Shown here: in pieces, positions 55,557 to 64,000 of the stretch | Position numbering within the stretch: the first letter of the stretch is position 1 | Layout: the number at the start of each line of letters is the position of its first letter | DNA from: an uncultured Actinomycetes bacterium | GTDB lineage: Bacteria; Actinomycetota; Geothermincolia; Fen-727; JACVIW01 | Direction: 5' to 3' | Length of the DNA stretch: 64,000 nt | Assembly: GCA_937127245.1 (NCBI GenBank) | Contig: CAKZLU010000041.1 | Coordinates: forward strand, 9,824-73,823 | Translations under genes and position numbers: made by a program | Notes under the pieces: generated by a model | Database searches by the model: none | What the model saw: the letters and a program-made list of their open reading frames with translations, nothing else | What the model was told of the DNA's origin: nothing

Positions 55557-56834
55557 ATGGTCAAGTTTAGACTCATTGAGGCGTTGCGGCAGATTGAAAT
55601 AGAAAAGGGAATAGCCATAGAGACGGTCCTGAGCGCGCTGACGGACGCTTTGCTCTCAGCTTATAAAAAGAATTACGGCGCGGCGGAGAATGTTCGAATT
55701 GACATAGACAGGAATACTGGAGACATAAGGGTTTTCGAGGAAAGAAAAGCGGAGGACGGAACCGTAGAGGAAATAGAGGTAACCCCTGAAAATTTTGGGC
55801 GAATCGCTGCCCAGACTGCCAAGCAGGTGATAATACAGAGAATTCGTGAGGCTGAAAGAGACCTCATGTTTGATGAATACCACGGAAGAGAAGGCGACAT
55901 AGTTACCGGCATAGTCCAGCAAAATGATCACCGCTACACTCTTATTGATCTCGGCAGAGTTGAAGCCCTGCTCCCGCCGAACGAGCAGGTCAGGGGAGAA
56001 AGATACGAGCACGGCACCAGGTTAAAAACTTACATACTCGAGGTAAGGAAAACCACGAGAGGTCCTCAGGTAATAGTATCAAGGACCCATCCGGGACTTC
56101 TAAAAAGGCTCTTTGAACTTGAGGTACCCGAAATAAGTGAGGGGATTGTCGAGATCAAGGCGGTTGCAAGAGAAGCAGGCCAGAGGTCCAAGGTTGCTGT
56201 CGTTTCTAACGACCCCAACGTTGATCCGGTGGGAGCATGTGTTGGCGCTAAGGGTTCAAGAGTGCGGATGATAGTGAACGAACTTCGCGGTGAAAAAGTT
56301 GATATAGTCGAGTGGAAAGAAGACCCCGCCCAGTTTGTCGCAAACGCGATAAGCCCGGCAAAGGTCAAAGAGGTGATAGTTGATGCGGAGAACATGACCG
56401 CAGAGGTAATTGTACCGGACAATCAGTTGTCTCTGGCGATTGGAAAGGAAGGACAGAACGCGAGGCTCGCCGCGAAGCTCACAGGCTGGCGGATCGACAT
56501 TCTGAGTGAGTCTGAAGCCGCAAAGGCTGCGGCTGAGTCGGAGGCTTCCAAGGACGAAATTCAAGCAGACAGACAGTGCAGAGCGATACTCGAGGATGGG
56601 ACCAGATGCGAAAACTTGGCTGTTGAAGGTTCTGAATTCTGTGAGCTTCCAGAACATCAGAAACTTGCTGAAATGATAGATTCGGGTGAATTTGAAGTTG
56701 TGGAAGTAGAAATCCGGGATGAGGAGTCCGATGGGGAAGACGGCGAAAATGATGTTTCCGGGCCGGAGAAAGACGGGAACAAGGAAAACGATGGGGAGGA
56801 AAACCCAGAGGCGGGTTCCCGTGAATCAGAATAA
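55557..56834 (+). CDS. nusA: Transcription termination/antitermination factor NusA with C-terminal C3H motif and acidic tail
   Basis: [13 protein letters not shown]1 domain, [40 protein letters not shown]. Confidence 0.97.
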   Translation: MVKFRLIEALRQIEIEKGIAIETVLSALTDALLSAYKKNYGAAENVRIDIDRNTGDIRVFEERKAEDGTVEEIEVTPENFGRIAAQTAKQVIIQRIREAERDLMFDEYHGREGDIVTGIVQQNDHRYTLIDLGRVEALLPPNEQVRGERYEHGTRLKTYILEVRKTTRGPQVIVSRTHPGLLKRLFELEVPEISEGIVEIKAVAREAGQRSKVAVVSNDPNVDPVGACVGAKGSRVRMIVNELRGEKVDIVEWKEDPAQFVANAISPAKVKEVIVDAENMTAEVIVPDNQLSLAIGKEGQNARLAAKLTGWRIDILSESEAAKAAAESEASKDEIQADRQCRAILEDGTRCENLAVEGSEFCELPEHQKLAEMIDSGEFEVVEVEIRDEESDGEDGENDVSGPEKDGNKENDGEENPEAGSRESE

Positions 56835-56977
56835 CTGGGTGATGAAAAGGGCTCTTGACCTAAGGCGGGCGGTTTGACTCAAAAAGCGCATCATCTCTTT
56901 GTGTCCCCTTACTGAAACCGATTTCCAAGTTATAGTTAGGGAATGCCTTTAAGAACAACACCGGGGAAGGTGCGGAC

Positions 56978-57265
56978 TTGGCTTGGAAAAGGGTAGCCGA
57001 TAGGCGGTGCGTTGGATGCGGCCGAAGGCGCCACAAAAATGAAATGATAAGGGTTTCGAAGACGAAAGACGGGCTTATAAGGATTGACCTTGGCGCAAAC
57101 ATAGCCGGACGCGGCTGTTACATATGCTATGAGGAAGAGTGTTTCGCGAAGGCGGAGAGGAAAAGGGCGATAGACAGAGCGCTCAGGATGAATGTTTCGG
57201 ATGATACATACGAGGAGGTTCTTAAAACAATAAGGAAAGAGCGCTCCTCAGGCTCTGAAAACTGA
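56978..57265 (+). CDS. ylxR: YlxR/RnpM (DUF448) family RNA-binding protein
   Basis: R.CVGC...K.EMIR, GRG.Y.C....C; between nusA and infB. Confidence 0.88.
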   Translation: MAWKRVADRRCVGCGRRRHKNEMIRVSKTKDGLIRIDLGANIAGRGCYICYEEECFAKAERKRAIDRALRMNVSDDTYEEVLKTIRKERSSGSEN

Positions 57266-57324
57266 AATTGATGCCCCAGTTATCCTGTATAATCGAAGAG
57301 AGTTTGATTTCAAGGTGAAATTGG

Positions 57325-59892
57325 ATGGACAAAATAAGGGTTCACGAATTAGTCAAAGAACTGAAAAAGTCCAATCGTGAGGTTACCGATAGGCTAAAGA
57401 AACTCGGCATCGCGTTCAAGAGCGTACTGTCAAGTATTAGCCAGGAGGAAGCAAATCAGGTAAGGGAATCATTCGGGGTTAAACCGGTTAAGATTGAAAA
57501 GAAGCCCGCGAAGAAGGCGGAGAAGAAACCCGCGACCAAAAAGGCGGAAAAGCCCCCCGCGAAAAAAGCAGCCAAAAAAGCAGCGGCTCCTAAAGCGGCG
57601 AAGAAACCTGTCGCCAAAGCGGCGACAAAGCCCGCCTTAGAAGAAAAAAAACGTAAGGCGAAAAAAAAAGCTGCTAGCAAAGCCCCTTCTCCTGATCGGA
57701 AAGGTGTCAGCGTTGCGGTTATTGAAAGGGCAAGCGAGCCGGAGCCGAAAATTGTCGAGGAAATCAAGGAATTGAGCGAACCTGCGCTTAAGAGTGCTGG
57801 TGCTCAACCCGTTGGGGCGGAGAGCGTGTCCGCAGCCGAGGCGGGGGTGCCGGAACAGGAAAAACAAGTTCAGAAAACAAAAGAGCCCCAGGCGGTGGAA
57901 GAGGCTCCTCGAAAGAAGCCCGAAACTAAAGAGGTGCCCGAGGAGAGGGAAGAGCCCCAAGAAGCTCCTGTAAGAAAACCAAAAGTCCCACCCTTGAAAG
58001 AAACTCAAAAACCGAAACTTAGAGTCGCCGCTGTTACTCCGCCTAAAGCACGTCCAAAAGAAACGGGTAAAATTATTAAATTTCCTGCTGATCGGCGAAA
58101 AGAGGCAGCCGAAAAGGGCAAAGGCGCTTTTGGTGCCGTTCTTCCGAAAGTCGTAAGAGTTCCCTCCGGTATCACTGTTAGGGATTTCGCTCAAAAAGTT
58201 GGCCTGAGTTCCACCGATGTCATAAAGAAATTAATGACCCTCGGAGAAGTCGCCAACATCAACCAGCCGATAAGCGACGAGGCTTTAATGCTACTCGGTG
58301 ATGATATCGGCGTGGAAATCAAGATCAAAACACAGCGGGTCGAAGAAATAGAAAAAGAACTGGAAAAGGTCGATAGACCGGAAGAACTAAAGCCACGTCC
58401 GCCGGTGGTAACTGTCATGGGTCATGTTGATCACGGAAAAACCCTTCTCCTTGATAGAATAAGGAAAACCAACGTGGTGAGCCGAGAGGCGGGCGGCATA
58501 ACGCAGCATATCGGGGCATATCAAGTAACGTTCGAGGGACGGCAGATAACATTCATTGATACCCCTGGGCATGAGTCTTTTACTGCCATGAGGGCTCGGG
58601 GGGCGGAAGTTACCGACATAGCCGTTCTTGTGGTGGCTGCCGATGATGGGGTTATGCCCCAGACCATTGAAGCTATAGACCACGCAATGCAAGCCGAAGT
58701 CCCGATCATAGTCGCTGTGAACAAGATAGATAAACCGGAAGCGGACCCGATGCGAGTTCGACAGCAGCTCTCTGAGAAAGGCTTGATCCCCGAGGAGTGG
58801 GGCGGCGAAACGATCTTCGTTGATATCTCAGCCAAGGAGGGGACGAATATAGACCATCTTCTGGAGATGATTCTCCTGCTTTCTGACATATGCGAGCTTA
58901 AGGCTAACCCTGACGCGGAGGCAAGCGGAGTTGTAATTGAAGCTAAGCTTGATAGAGCGAAAGGTCCCGTCGCGACAGTTCTTGTAAAAAGAGGGACTGC
59001 CAAAATGGGTGACGTGATCGTCTGCGGTTCGGTGTGGGGCAGAATCAGAGCTATGTTTAATGACAGGGGAGAGAATATCAAAAGCGCGGGTCCATCTGTG
59101 CCCGTAGAGATGATAGGGCTCTCAGGGCTGCCGATGGCGGGCGACAAGTTCTCTGTTGTTTCAGACGAGAAGAAAGCGAAGCAACTAGCCGAGCACAGAG
59201 GCTTGCAAAAGAAACTAAGGGAGCAAGCCAGAACCCAGAAGATATCTTTCGAAAACCTTTTGGAGAAGCTAAAAGAAGAGGCGATCGCAGAACTAAAGGT
59301 AATAGTGAAAGCAGACACCCAGGGCTCACTTGAGGCTATTTTGGACTCATTGAAGAAGATGCAATCCGAGGAGATACGCCTTAGCGTTATCCACAGCGGA
59401 ATAGGCGGGATTACCGAAACGGACGTGATGCTCGCTTCAGCGAGCGATGCCATCATAATCGGTTTCAATGTCAGACCTGACAGCAAGGCGATTCGCTCCG
59501 CCGAAATCGAGGGAATTGACTTAAGGACCTATCAGGTTATTTACGAGTTGCTTGATGACGTCAAAAAAGCACTCGAGGGAATGCTCGCGCCCCAACAGGT
59601 TGAGGAAGTAGAAGGAAGAATCGAGGTCAGACAGACTTTCAGGGTGCCTGGCGTTGGCGTTGTAGCGGGTTGCTATGTTCTTGAGGGAGAGGTAAGTCGA
59701 GGATCTCAGGTTAGAGTGCTTAGAGAGGGGATTGTTGTTCATACCGGCAAGATCGCATCCGTGAGAAGGTTTAAGGATGACGTTCGAAGTGTGTCTGCCG
59801 GATATGAATGCGGCGTTGCGCTTGAGAACTTCCAGGATATAAAAGAAGGCGATATCCTCGAGACTTTCCTTCTCAGGGAAGTCCCCAGATGA
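57325..59892 (+). CDS. infB: Translation initiation factor IF-2
   Basis: IRVHEL.KEL, GHVDHGKT, GGITQHIGAY, DTPGHE, NKID, GYECG. Confidence 0.98.
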   Translation: MDKIRVHELVKELKKSNREVTDRLKKLGIAFKSVLSSISQEEANQVRESFGVKPVKIEKKPAKKAEKKPATKKAEKPPAKKAAKKAAAPKAAKKPVAKAATKPALEEKKRKAKKKAASKAPSPDRKGVSVAVIERASEPEPKIVEEIKELSEPALKSAGAQPVGAESVSAAEAGVPEQEKQVQKTKEPQAVEEAPRKKPETKEVPEEREEPQEAPVRKPKVPPLKETQKPKLRVAAVTPPKARPKETGKIIKFPADRRKEAAEKGKGAFGAVLPKVVRVPSGITVRDFAQKVGLSSTDVIKKLMTLGEVANINQPISDEALMLLGDDIGVEIKIKTQRVEEIEKELEKVDRPEELKPRPPVVTVMGHVDHGKTLLLDRIRKTNVVSREAGGITQHIGAYQVTFEGRQITFIDTPGHESFTAMRARGAEVTDIAVLVVAADDGVMPQTIEAIDHAMQAEVPIIVAVNKIDKPEADPMRVRQQLSEKGLIPEEWGGETIFVDISAKEGTNIDHLLEMILLLSDICELKANPDAEASGVVIEAKLDRAKGPVATVLVKRGTAKMGDVIVCGSVWGRIRAMFNDRGENIKSAGPSVPVEMIGLSGLPMAGDKFSVVSDEKKAKQLAEHRGLQKKLREQARTQKISFENLLEKLKEEAIAELKVIVKADTQGSLEAILDSLKKMQSEEIRLSVIHSGIGGITETDVMLASASDAIIIGFNVRPDSKAIRSAEIEGIDLRTYQVIYELLDDVKKALEGMLAPQQVEEVEGRIEVRQTFRVPGVGVVAGCYVLEGEVSRGSQVRVLREGIVVHTGKIASVRRFKDDVRSVSAGYECGVALENFQDIKEGDILETFLLREVPR

Positions 59893-59938
59893 CCGACATC
59901 TAAACCCTATTGGAACTCTCTTTTCATGGAGGATCTCT

Positions 59939-60265
59939 ATGAAATTCTTCGTGGGTATCGGGAGTTACCAGCTGGATTTGGGACACTGTTGCTCTCTGAA
60001 AGACAAAAGGCAAATCATTAAGAGCGTTGTCGACCGTATAGGTAAAATCAAGGGCTGCGGCGCTGCTGAGGTTGGGGCTCAGGATATCTGGAAAAACGGG
60101 TCTGTCGCCGTTACGTGTACCTCAACCTCGTACAAGATGGTTGTGGGAATGCTCGATAATGCGCGCAAGACAATAGAATCGTGTGGAGTTGAAATCATTA
60201 ACGAGGCTCAGTGGATTGTTAATCCGGAAGATCTTACGGTGAGACTATGGGATCAAGAAGAATAA
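59939..60265 (+). CDS. DUF503 (YlxP) family protein
   Basis: SLKDKR..IKS, AEVG.QD.W; between infB and rbfA. Confidence 0.85.
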   Translation: MKFFVGIGSYQLDLGHCCSLKDKRQIIKSVVDRIGKIKGCGAAEVGAQDIWKNGSVAVTCTSTSYKMVVGMLDNARKTIESCGVEIINEAQWIVNPEDLTVRLWDQEE

Positions 60266-60606
60266 GCAGGGTCGAGGAGGCGTGCAAAGAGGAAATTTCT
60301 GAAATCCTGCTCAGAGAACTCAAAGACCCGAGGATTGGATTCGTAACAATTACGAGGGTCAGGATGACGCCCGACTTAAGACACGCTCAGGTCTATGTTA
60401 GCGTCCTCGGGTCAAGCGAGGAGATTGACAGGACCTTGGAGGGACTTGAAAGCGCCAGAGGATGGATGCGTGCTCACCTGGGAAGGCGGTTGAGGTTAAA
60501 ATTTTTACCTGAGATTGAGTTCTGCTATGACTCAAGTCCTGCAGAGGCGCAAAAACTCGAGGTAATATTCAAGCGGGATTCGGAGGATTCAGGCGGCAGT
60601 GATTAA
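60247..60606 (+). CDS. rbfA: Ribosome-binding factor A
   Basis: R..RV, KDPR.GFVT.T.V..T.DL..A.VY, L...PE..F..D. Confidence 0.95.
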   Translation: MGSRRISRVEEACKEEISEILLRELKDPRIGFVTITRVRMTPDLRHAQVYVSVLGSSEEIDRTLEGLESARGWMRAHLGRRLRLKFLPEIEFCYDSSPAEAQKLEVIFKRDSEDSGGSD

Positions 60607-61570
60607 GGAAAAGGAACTGAAAGAGGCTCTGAGGTTTGTTGAGCAATGTTCATCCGCTGTGGTGCTCGGGCACGAAAATCCTGATGGTGACGCCGTTGGG
60701 TCCTCGCTCGGTCTTGCCCTCATGCTTGAGGATAAGGGATACCGCGTTACTGTAAGCTTTCCCGAACCCTTACGGATCCCGCATAGATATCTGTTCCTTC
60801 CCGGCGCCGAAAAGCTCCAAACGCCGGAGGGGATAAGCGACTGTGAAATTCTGTTCGCGGTTGACTGTGCCAATCCTGACAGGCTCGATTTGTTCCGGGA
60901 TTTTATTCCAAAGTGCAGGGCGGTCATAAACATTGACCACCACCCAGACAACACGATGTTCGGTACCGTAAATCTTGTTGATCATGAGGCAGCGGCGACT
61001 GCCGAGATAATATACGCTGTCGGTCCCCAGATAGGTCTTAGAATCTCGAAAGACGCGGCGCTCTGTCTTTATACGGGGATAGTGACTGATACCGGAAGGT
61101 TTCAATTTTCCAACACCCGAGAAGAAACGCTGAGAATCGCCTCGGAAATAGTTCACATGGGGGTCGACCCGTCCTATGTTTATGAGAACGTATATCAAAG
61201 CGATTCTCTGGAGTATGTAAGGCTTTTGGGGAAAGTTCTCTCCGAAGCTGTGTTCGAGAAGGAAAGCGGTCTGATCTATGCCGTGGTGACTAGGGCTGAT
61301 CTTGATGAATTCGGCGTTAACATGGAGGAAACGGAAGACCTCATAGACGCCTTAAGGACGCTCAAGGGTCACAGAATTGCCGCCATTTTTAAAGAGCTTA
61401 AGGACGGGCGAATAAGAGTGAGCCTTCGTTCAAGAAATGACGTGGATATAGGAAGTGTTGCGAGAAAACTCGGAGGTGGAGGACACAGGGTTGCGGCGGG
61501 TTACGTTTCAAGTAAATCCACGATTGAAGATGCTTTGCTTGAACTTAAAGGAGCGATAGGTGTCGATTGA
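60599..61570 (+). CDS. nrnA: DHH-DHHA1 phosphoesterase (NrnA-like)
   Basis: H.NPDGDA.GS, IDHH, TDTG.F, S.RS, GGGGH..AAG. Confidence 0.9.
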   Translation: MIKEKELKEALRFVEQCSSAVVLGHENPDGDAVGSSLGLALMLEDKGYRVTVSFPEPLRIPHRYLFLPGAEKLQTPEGISDCEILFAVDCANPDRLDLFRDFIPKCRAVINIDHHPDNTMFGTVNLVDHEAAATAEIIYAVGPQIGLRISKDAALCLYTGIVTDTGRFQFSNTREETLRIASEIVHMGVDPSYVYENVYQSDSLEYVRLLGKVLSEAVFEKESGLIYAVVTRADLDEFGVNMEETEDLIDALRTLKGHRIAAIFKELKDGRIRVSLRSRNDVDIGSVARKLGGGGHRVAAGYVSSKSTIEDALLELKGAIGVD

Positions 61571-62492
61571 CGGCTTTTTCGCGGTGGACAAGCTGAGTGG
61601 GATAACTTCAAGAAAGGTAGCTGTTCGGGTGGGTCAGATTTTCAAATGCAAGGCTGGTCACTGCGGAACGCTTGACCCGTTAGCAACAGGTGTTTTGCTT
61701 GTTTGTGTGGGGAGGGCGAGGCTGCTTTCAAGATTCTTATCAGCGCTTGACAAACGATACAGAGTAACCGCGGTTTTCGGCACGGTCACAGATACTTACG
61801 ATGTAACTGGTAGGGTTGTCCGTCAAAGAGACTCAAGTGGTCTAACCTCGGATGAAGTTGAGGAGGCGCTCGAAAGGCTAACCGGCGAAATACTTCAGGT
61901 GCCCCCACCGTTTTCCGCGGTAAAGTCAGGGGGCAAACCTCTTTATACATATGCCAGACGGGGCGTAGCAGTAAAGCTTCCAGAGAGAAAAGTAAATATA
62001 GATGCAATAAGGCTTATTGATTTCCGGCATGAGAACTCGAAGGCTATTGCCGAGCTGGAGGTATCTTGCAGTAAAGGAACATATATAAGGAGTCTTGTAA
62101 ACGACCTCGGGGAAATTCTCGGGCACGGCGCCTGCGTGCTTGCTTTGAGAAGAACATCAGTTGGAAAATTTGGCGAAGAGCGGCTCATACCGTACGAACT
62201 TGTTCGCTTGGGAGCAAAGGATGAATTGATTGGCCGCCTCATAGGAATTGAGGAAGCCACCTACTTTTTGCCTTCCTCTCGGGTAAACCCTGACGGGGAG
62301 AAGGCAGTAAATTTTGGCAAGCCTCTTGACGCGTCCATGATCGCCGAAATTTGCGGTATAGAGAGAGTCTCGGGCAACGTGAGAGTATTGAATGAAGCGG
62401 GAAAAGTAATAGCTATATACGGTCCGCCGAAAGAGGGGGACCCTGAGAATATTGTGGCCAGGGCTGTTAGGGTACTTAAAACCGATTCATGA
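61560..62492 (+). CDS. truB: tRNA pseudouridine(55) synthase
   Basis: GH.GTLDPLATGVL, Q.PP.FSAVK..G..LY..AR, CSKGTYIRSL. Confidence 0.95.
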   Translation: MSIDGFFAVDKLSGITSRKVAVRVGQIFKCKAGHCGTLDPLATGVLLVCVGRARLLSRFLSALDKRYRVTAVFGTVTDTYDVTGRVVRQRDSSGLTSDEVEEALERLTGEILQVPPPFSAVKSGGKPLYTYARRGVAVKLPERKVNIDAIRLIDFRHENSKAIAELEVSCSKGTYIRSLVNDLGEILGHGACVLALRRTSVGKFGEERLIPYELVRLGAKDELIGRLIGIEEATYFLPSSRVNPDGEKAVNFGKPLDASMIAEICGIERVSGNVRVLNEAGKVIAIYGPPKEGDPENIVARAVRVLKTDS

Positions 62493-63439
62493 AGGCGAAA
62501 GCGAAAATGAGAGTCTTGTCGAAGACCACGGAGTTTCAAAAATACGATAGGTCAAGCTGCGTGACGATAGGAGTCTTTGATGGTGTTCACTTGGGTCATC
62601 GCAGCATAATATCCCGCTGTGTCAGGGAGGCACAAAAGAGGGATTCCGCTTCCGTAGTATTGACTTTTGAGAACAGCCCGAGGGCTATCGTGAAAGGTCA
62701 AACCCCGTGCTTCTTAACCGACAGGCAGAAGAAACTTGAACTTCTCGAGGATTTGGGCGTGGAATTCACTATCGTGCTCAAGTTCGATCGAAAATTCGCT
62801 TCACTGGAGCCGGAAAATTTCTGCAGCCAGATTCTAAAAAGAGACTTGAATTGCGTTGCGGTCTGCGTCGGCGAGAATTTCCATTTTGGCAGAGGAGGGA
62901 AAGGAAACACGGACCTGCTCAAAAAGGAGGGTGAGAGAAACGGCTTCGATGTGATAGTGGTTCCCCTTTTAAGCTCAGATGGAAACATTGTCTCAAGCAC
63001 CCTTGTAAGGGAAATGATTATGAAAGGGAAAACCAAAGAAGCTGCAAATATTCTGGGTAGACCGTATTCCATGATCGGTAAAGTCATTAAAGGACATGCA
63101 AGGGGTAAGAAACTCGGTTTTCCAACCGCCAACATTGGGCTTGAGAGGCATTTCTGCATTCCAAAAGACGGCGTTTATGCCGGGATAACGATTAGGAAAG
63201 GAAGGAGAATCCCCTGCGCAATAAATGTTGGAACGAACCCGACTTTTGGCGACGAAGAGCTTTCCGTCGAGGTTTATCTTCTGGATTTTGATGAGAATAT
63301 TTACGGTGAAACTCTCGAGGTGGAGTTCCATTCGAGGTTGCGGGATGAGATAAGTTTTTTATCCGAGCGAGAACTTATAGAACAGATGGAAAAAGATGCG
63401 AAAAGAGCGCGGGAAATGCTTATGGAGGAACAGGCATAA
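62489..63439 (+). CDS. ribF: Bifunctional riboflavin kinase/FAD synthetase
   Basis: G.FDGVHLGH, VSST.VR, G..LGFPTAN, G.NPTF, LR.E..F. Confidence 0.96.
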   Translation: MKAKAKMRVLSKTTEFQKYDRSSCVTIGVFDGVHLGHRSIISRCVREAQKRDSASVVLTFENSPRAIVKGQTPCFLTDRQKKLELLEDLGVEFTIVLKFDRKFASLEPENFCSQILKRDLNCVAVCVGENFHFGRGGKGNTDLLKKEGERNGFDVIVVPLLSSDGNIVSSTLVREMIMKGKTKEAANILGRPYSMIGKVIKGHARGKKLGFPTANIGLERHFCIPKDGVYAGITIRKGRRIPCAINVGTNPTFGDEELSVEVYLLDFDENIYGETLEVEFHSRLRDEISFLSERELIEQMEKDAKRAREMLMEEQA

Positions 63440-63542
63440 TACCCCTTTTGATATTTTACACATGTCAGGACGTGAATGTGGTAATATAGGAACAGAATCA
63501 AAGGTCAAATAACGTTGGTTATTTTTTTGGATTTATACGGGA

Positions 63543-63815
63543 GTGTCTATGCTGGAGCCAGAGGAAAAGAAATCAATTATCAAGGAGTTTGGCATTCATG
63601 AAAAGGACACCGGTTCTCCGGAGGTCCAGGTTGCGCTGCTGACAAGCGAGATCAAGCATCTTACCGAACATCTGAAGATTCATCGGAAGGACCATCACTC
63701 ACGTCGTGGACTTTTGATGAAAGTCGGGAAAAGGAGAAGACTGCTCAATTATTTGAAAAAGGAGGATATCGAAAGATACCGCAAACTCATACAGAGGCTT
63801 GGTTTGAGAAGATAG
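63543..63815 (+). CDS. rpsO: 30S ribosomal protein S15
   Basis: [33 protein letters not shown]. Confidence 0.98.
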   Translation: MSMLEPEEKKSIIKEFGIHEKDTGSPEVQVALLTSEIKHLTEHLKIHRKDHHSRRGLLMKVGKRRRLLNYLKKEDIERYRKLIQRLGLRR

Positions 63816-63911
63816 AAGATATGGAAGCAAAAGGTGAAAGTCTGAAGGCTTCTTTGCCAAATTTAACAGCGCGAATACAACTGAAAAGGGCTTAAGGAGG
63901 CTCATTTTTTT

Positions 63912-64000
63912 ATGCAAATTGTGAGAAAAGAAATCGACATCGGGGGAAAGAGAATTACGGTCGAGATCGGCAGACTTGCAAAACAGGCCGATGGAGCCGC
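63912..64000 (+). CDS. pnp: Polyribonucleotide nucleotidyltransferase (5' partial)
   Basis: SD AAGGAGG at 63894-900; MQIVRKEIDIGGKRITVEIGRLAKQADGA; follows rpsO; runs off the window. Confidence 0.9.
   Translation, partial: MQIVRKEIDIGGKRITVEIGRLAKQADGA

Noticed and set aside
58521-59486. 321-aa antisense ORF, and similar ones at 30684-31493, 41988-42728, 32363-33019 and 5539-6150
   Set aside because: Shadows of conserved + strand genes with no recognisable motifs
1-64000. CRISPR arrays, IS elements, prophage genes, rRNA, recoding (Sec/frameshift)
   Set aside because: None seen; recognised genes appear full length with ordinary stops

Overview
Core-genome segment of a bacterium, with almost every gene on the + strand. 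Gene content and order (steA/steB between recN and pyrG, rapZ-whiA, rpsA-coaE-uvrB, WYFAEG-repeat secreted protein) point to a deep-branching, probably anaerobic Actinomycetota lineage such as Ca. Geothermincolia; this is inference, not a database result. Gene order: secreted metallophosphoesterase with four C-terminal ~105-aa repeats; TPR-NagD-paaK-ACT-yjbQ; an M28-like membrane protein; dxs-tlyA-nadK-recN-steA-steB-GT2-MraY-like-pyrG-DUF3866-nudix-xerD; S2P-trpS-scpAB-rluB-aroH-aroF-tyrA-aroA-cmk; stand-alone trpB2; tRNA-Leu(CAA); polA; rpsA-coaE; uvrBAC-ogt-rapZ-whiA; gap-pgk-tpiA-gpmI-secG; rimP-nusA-ylxR-infB-ylxP-rbfA-nrnA-truB-ribF-rpsO-pnp (partial). No mobile element, prophage or CRISPR array was seen. 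Best leads: (1) a complete Trp-Trp leader-peptide attenuator, absent from the ORF track, controlling an orphan trpB2; (2) steAB physically coupled to a GT2 and a divergent MraY-like transferase, a candidate uncharacterised envelope-glycosylation system; (3) the WYFAEG repeat module as a candidate lineage-specific surface-display domain; (4) a pseudo-M28 peptidase, a C3H zinc-finger appendage on NusA, a two-CW Cys-rich protein, tandem DnaA boxes at the tRNA/polA intergenic region, and loss of yvcK from the rapZ-whiA unit.
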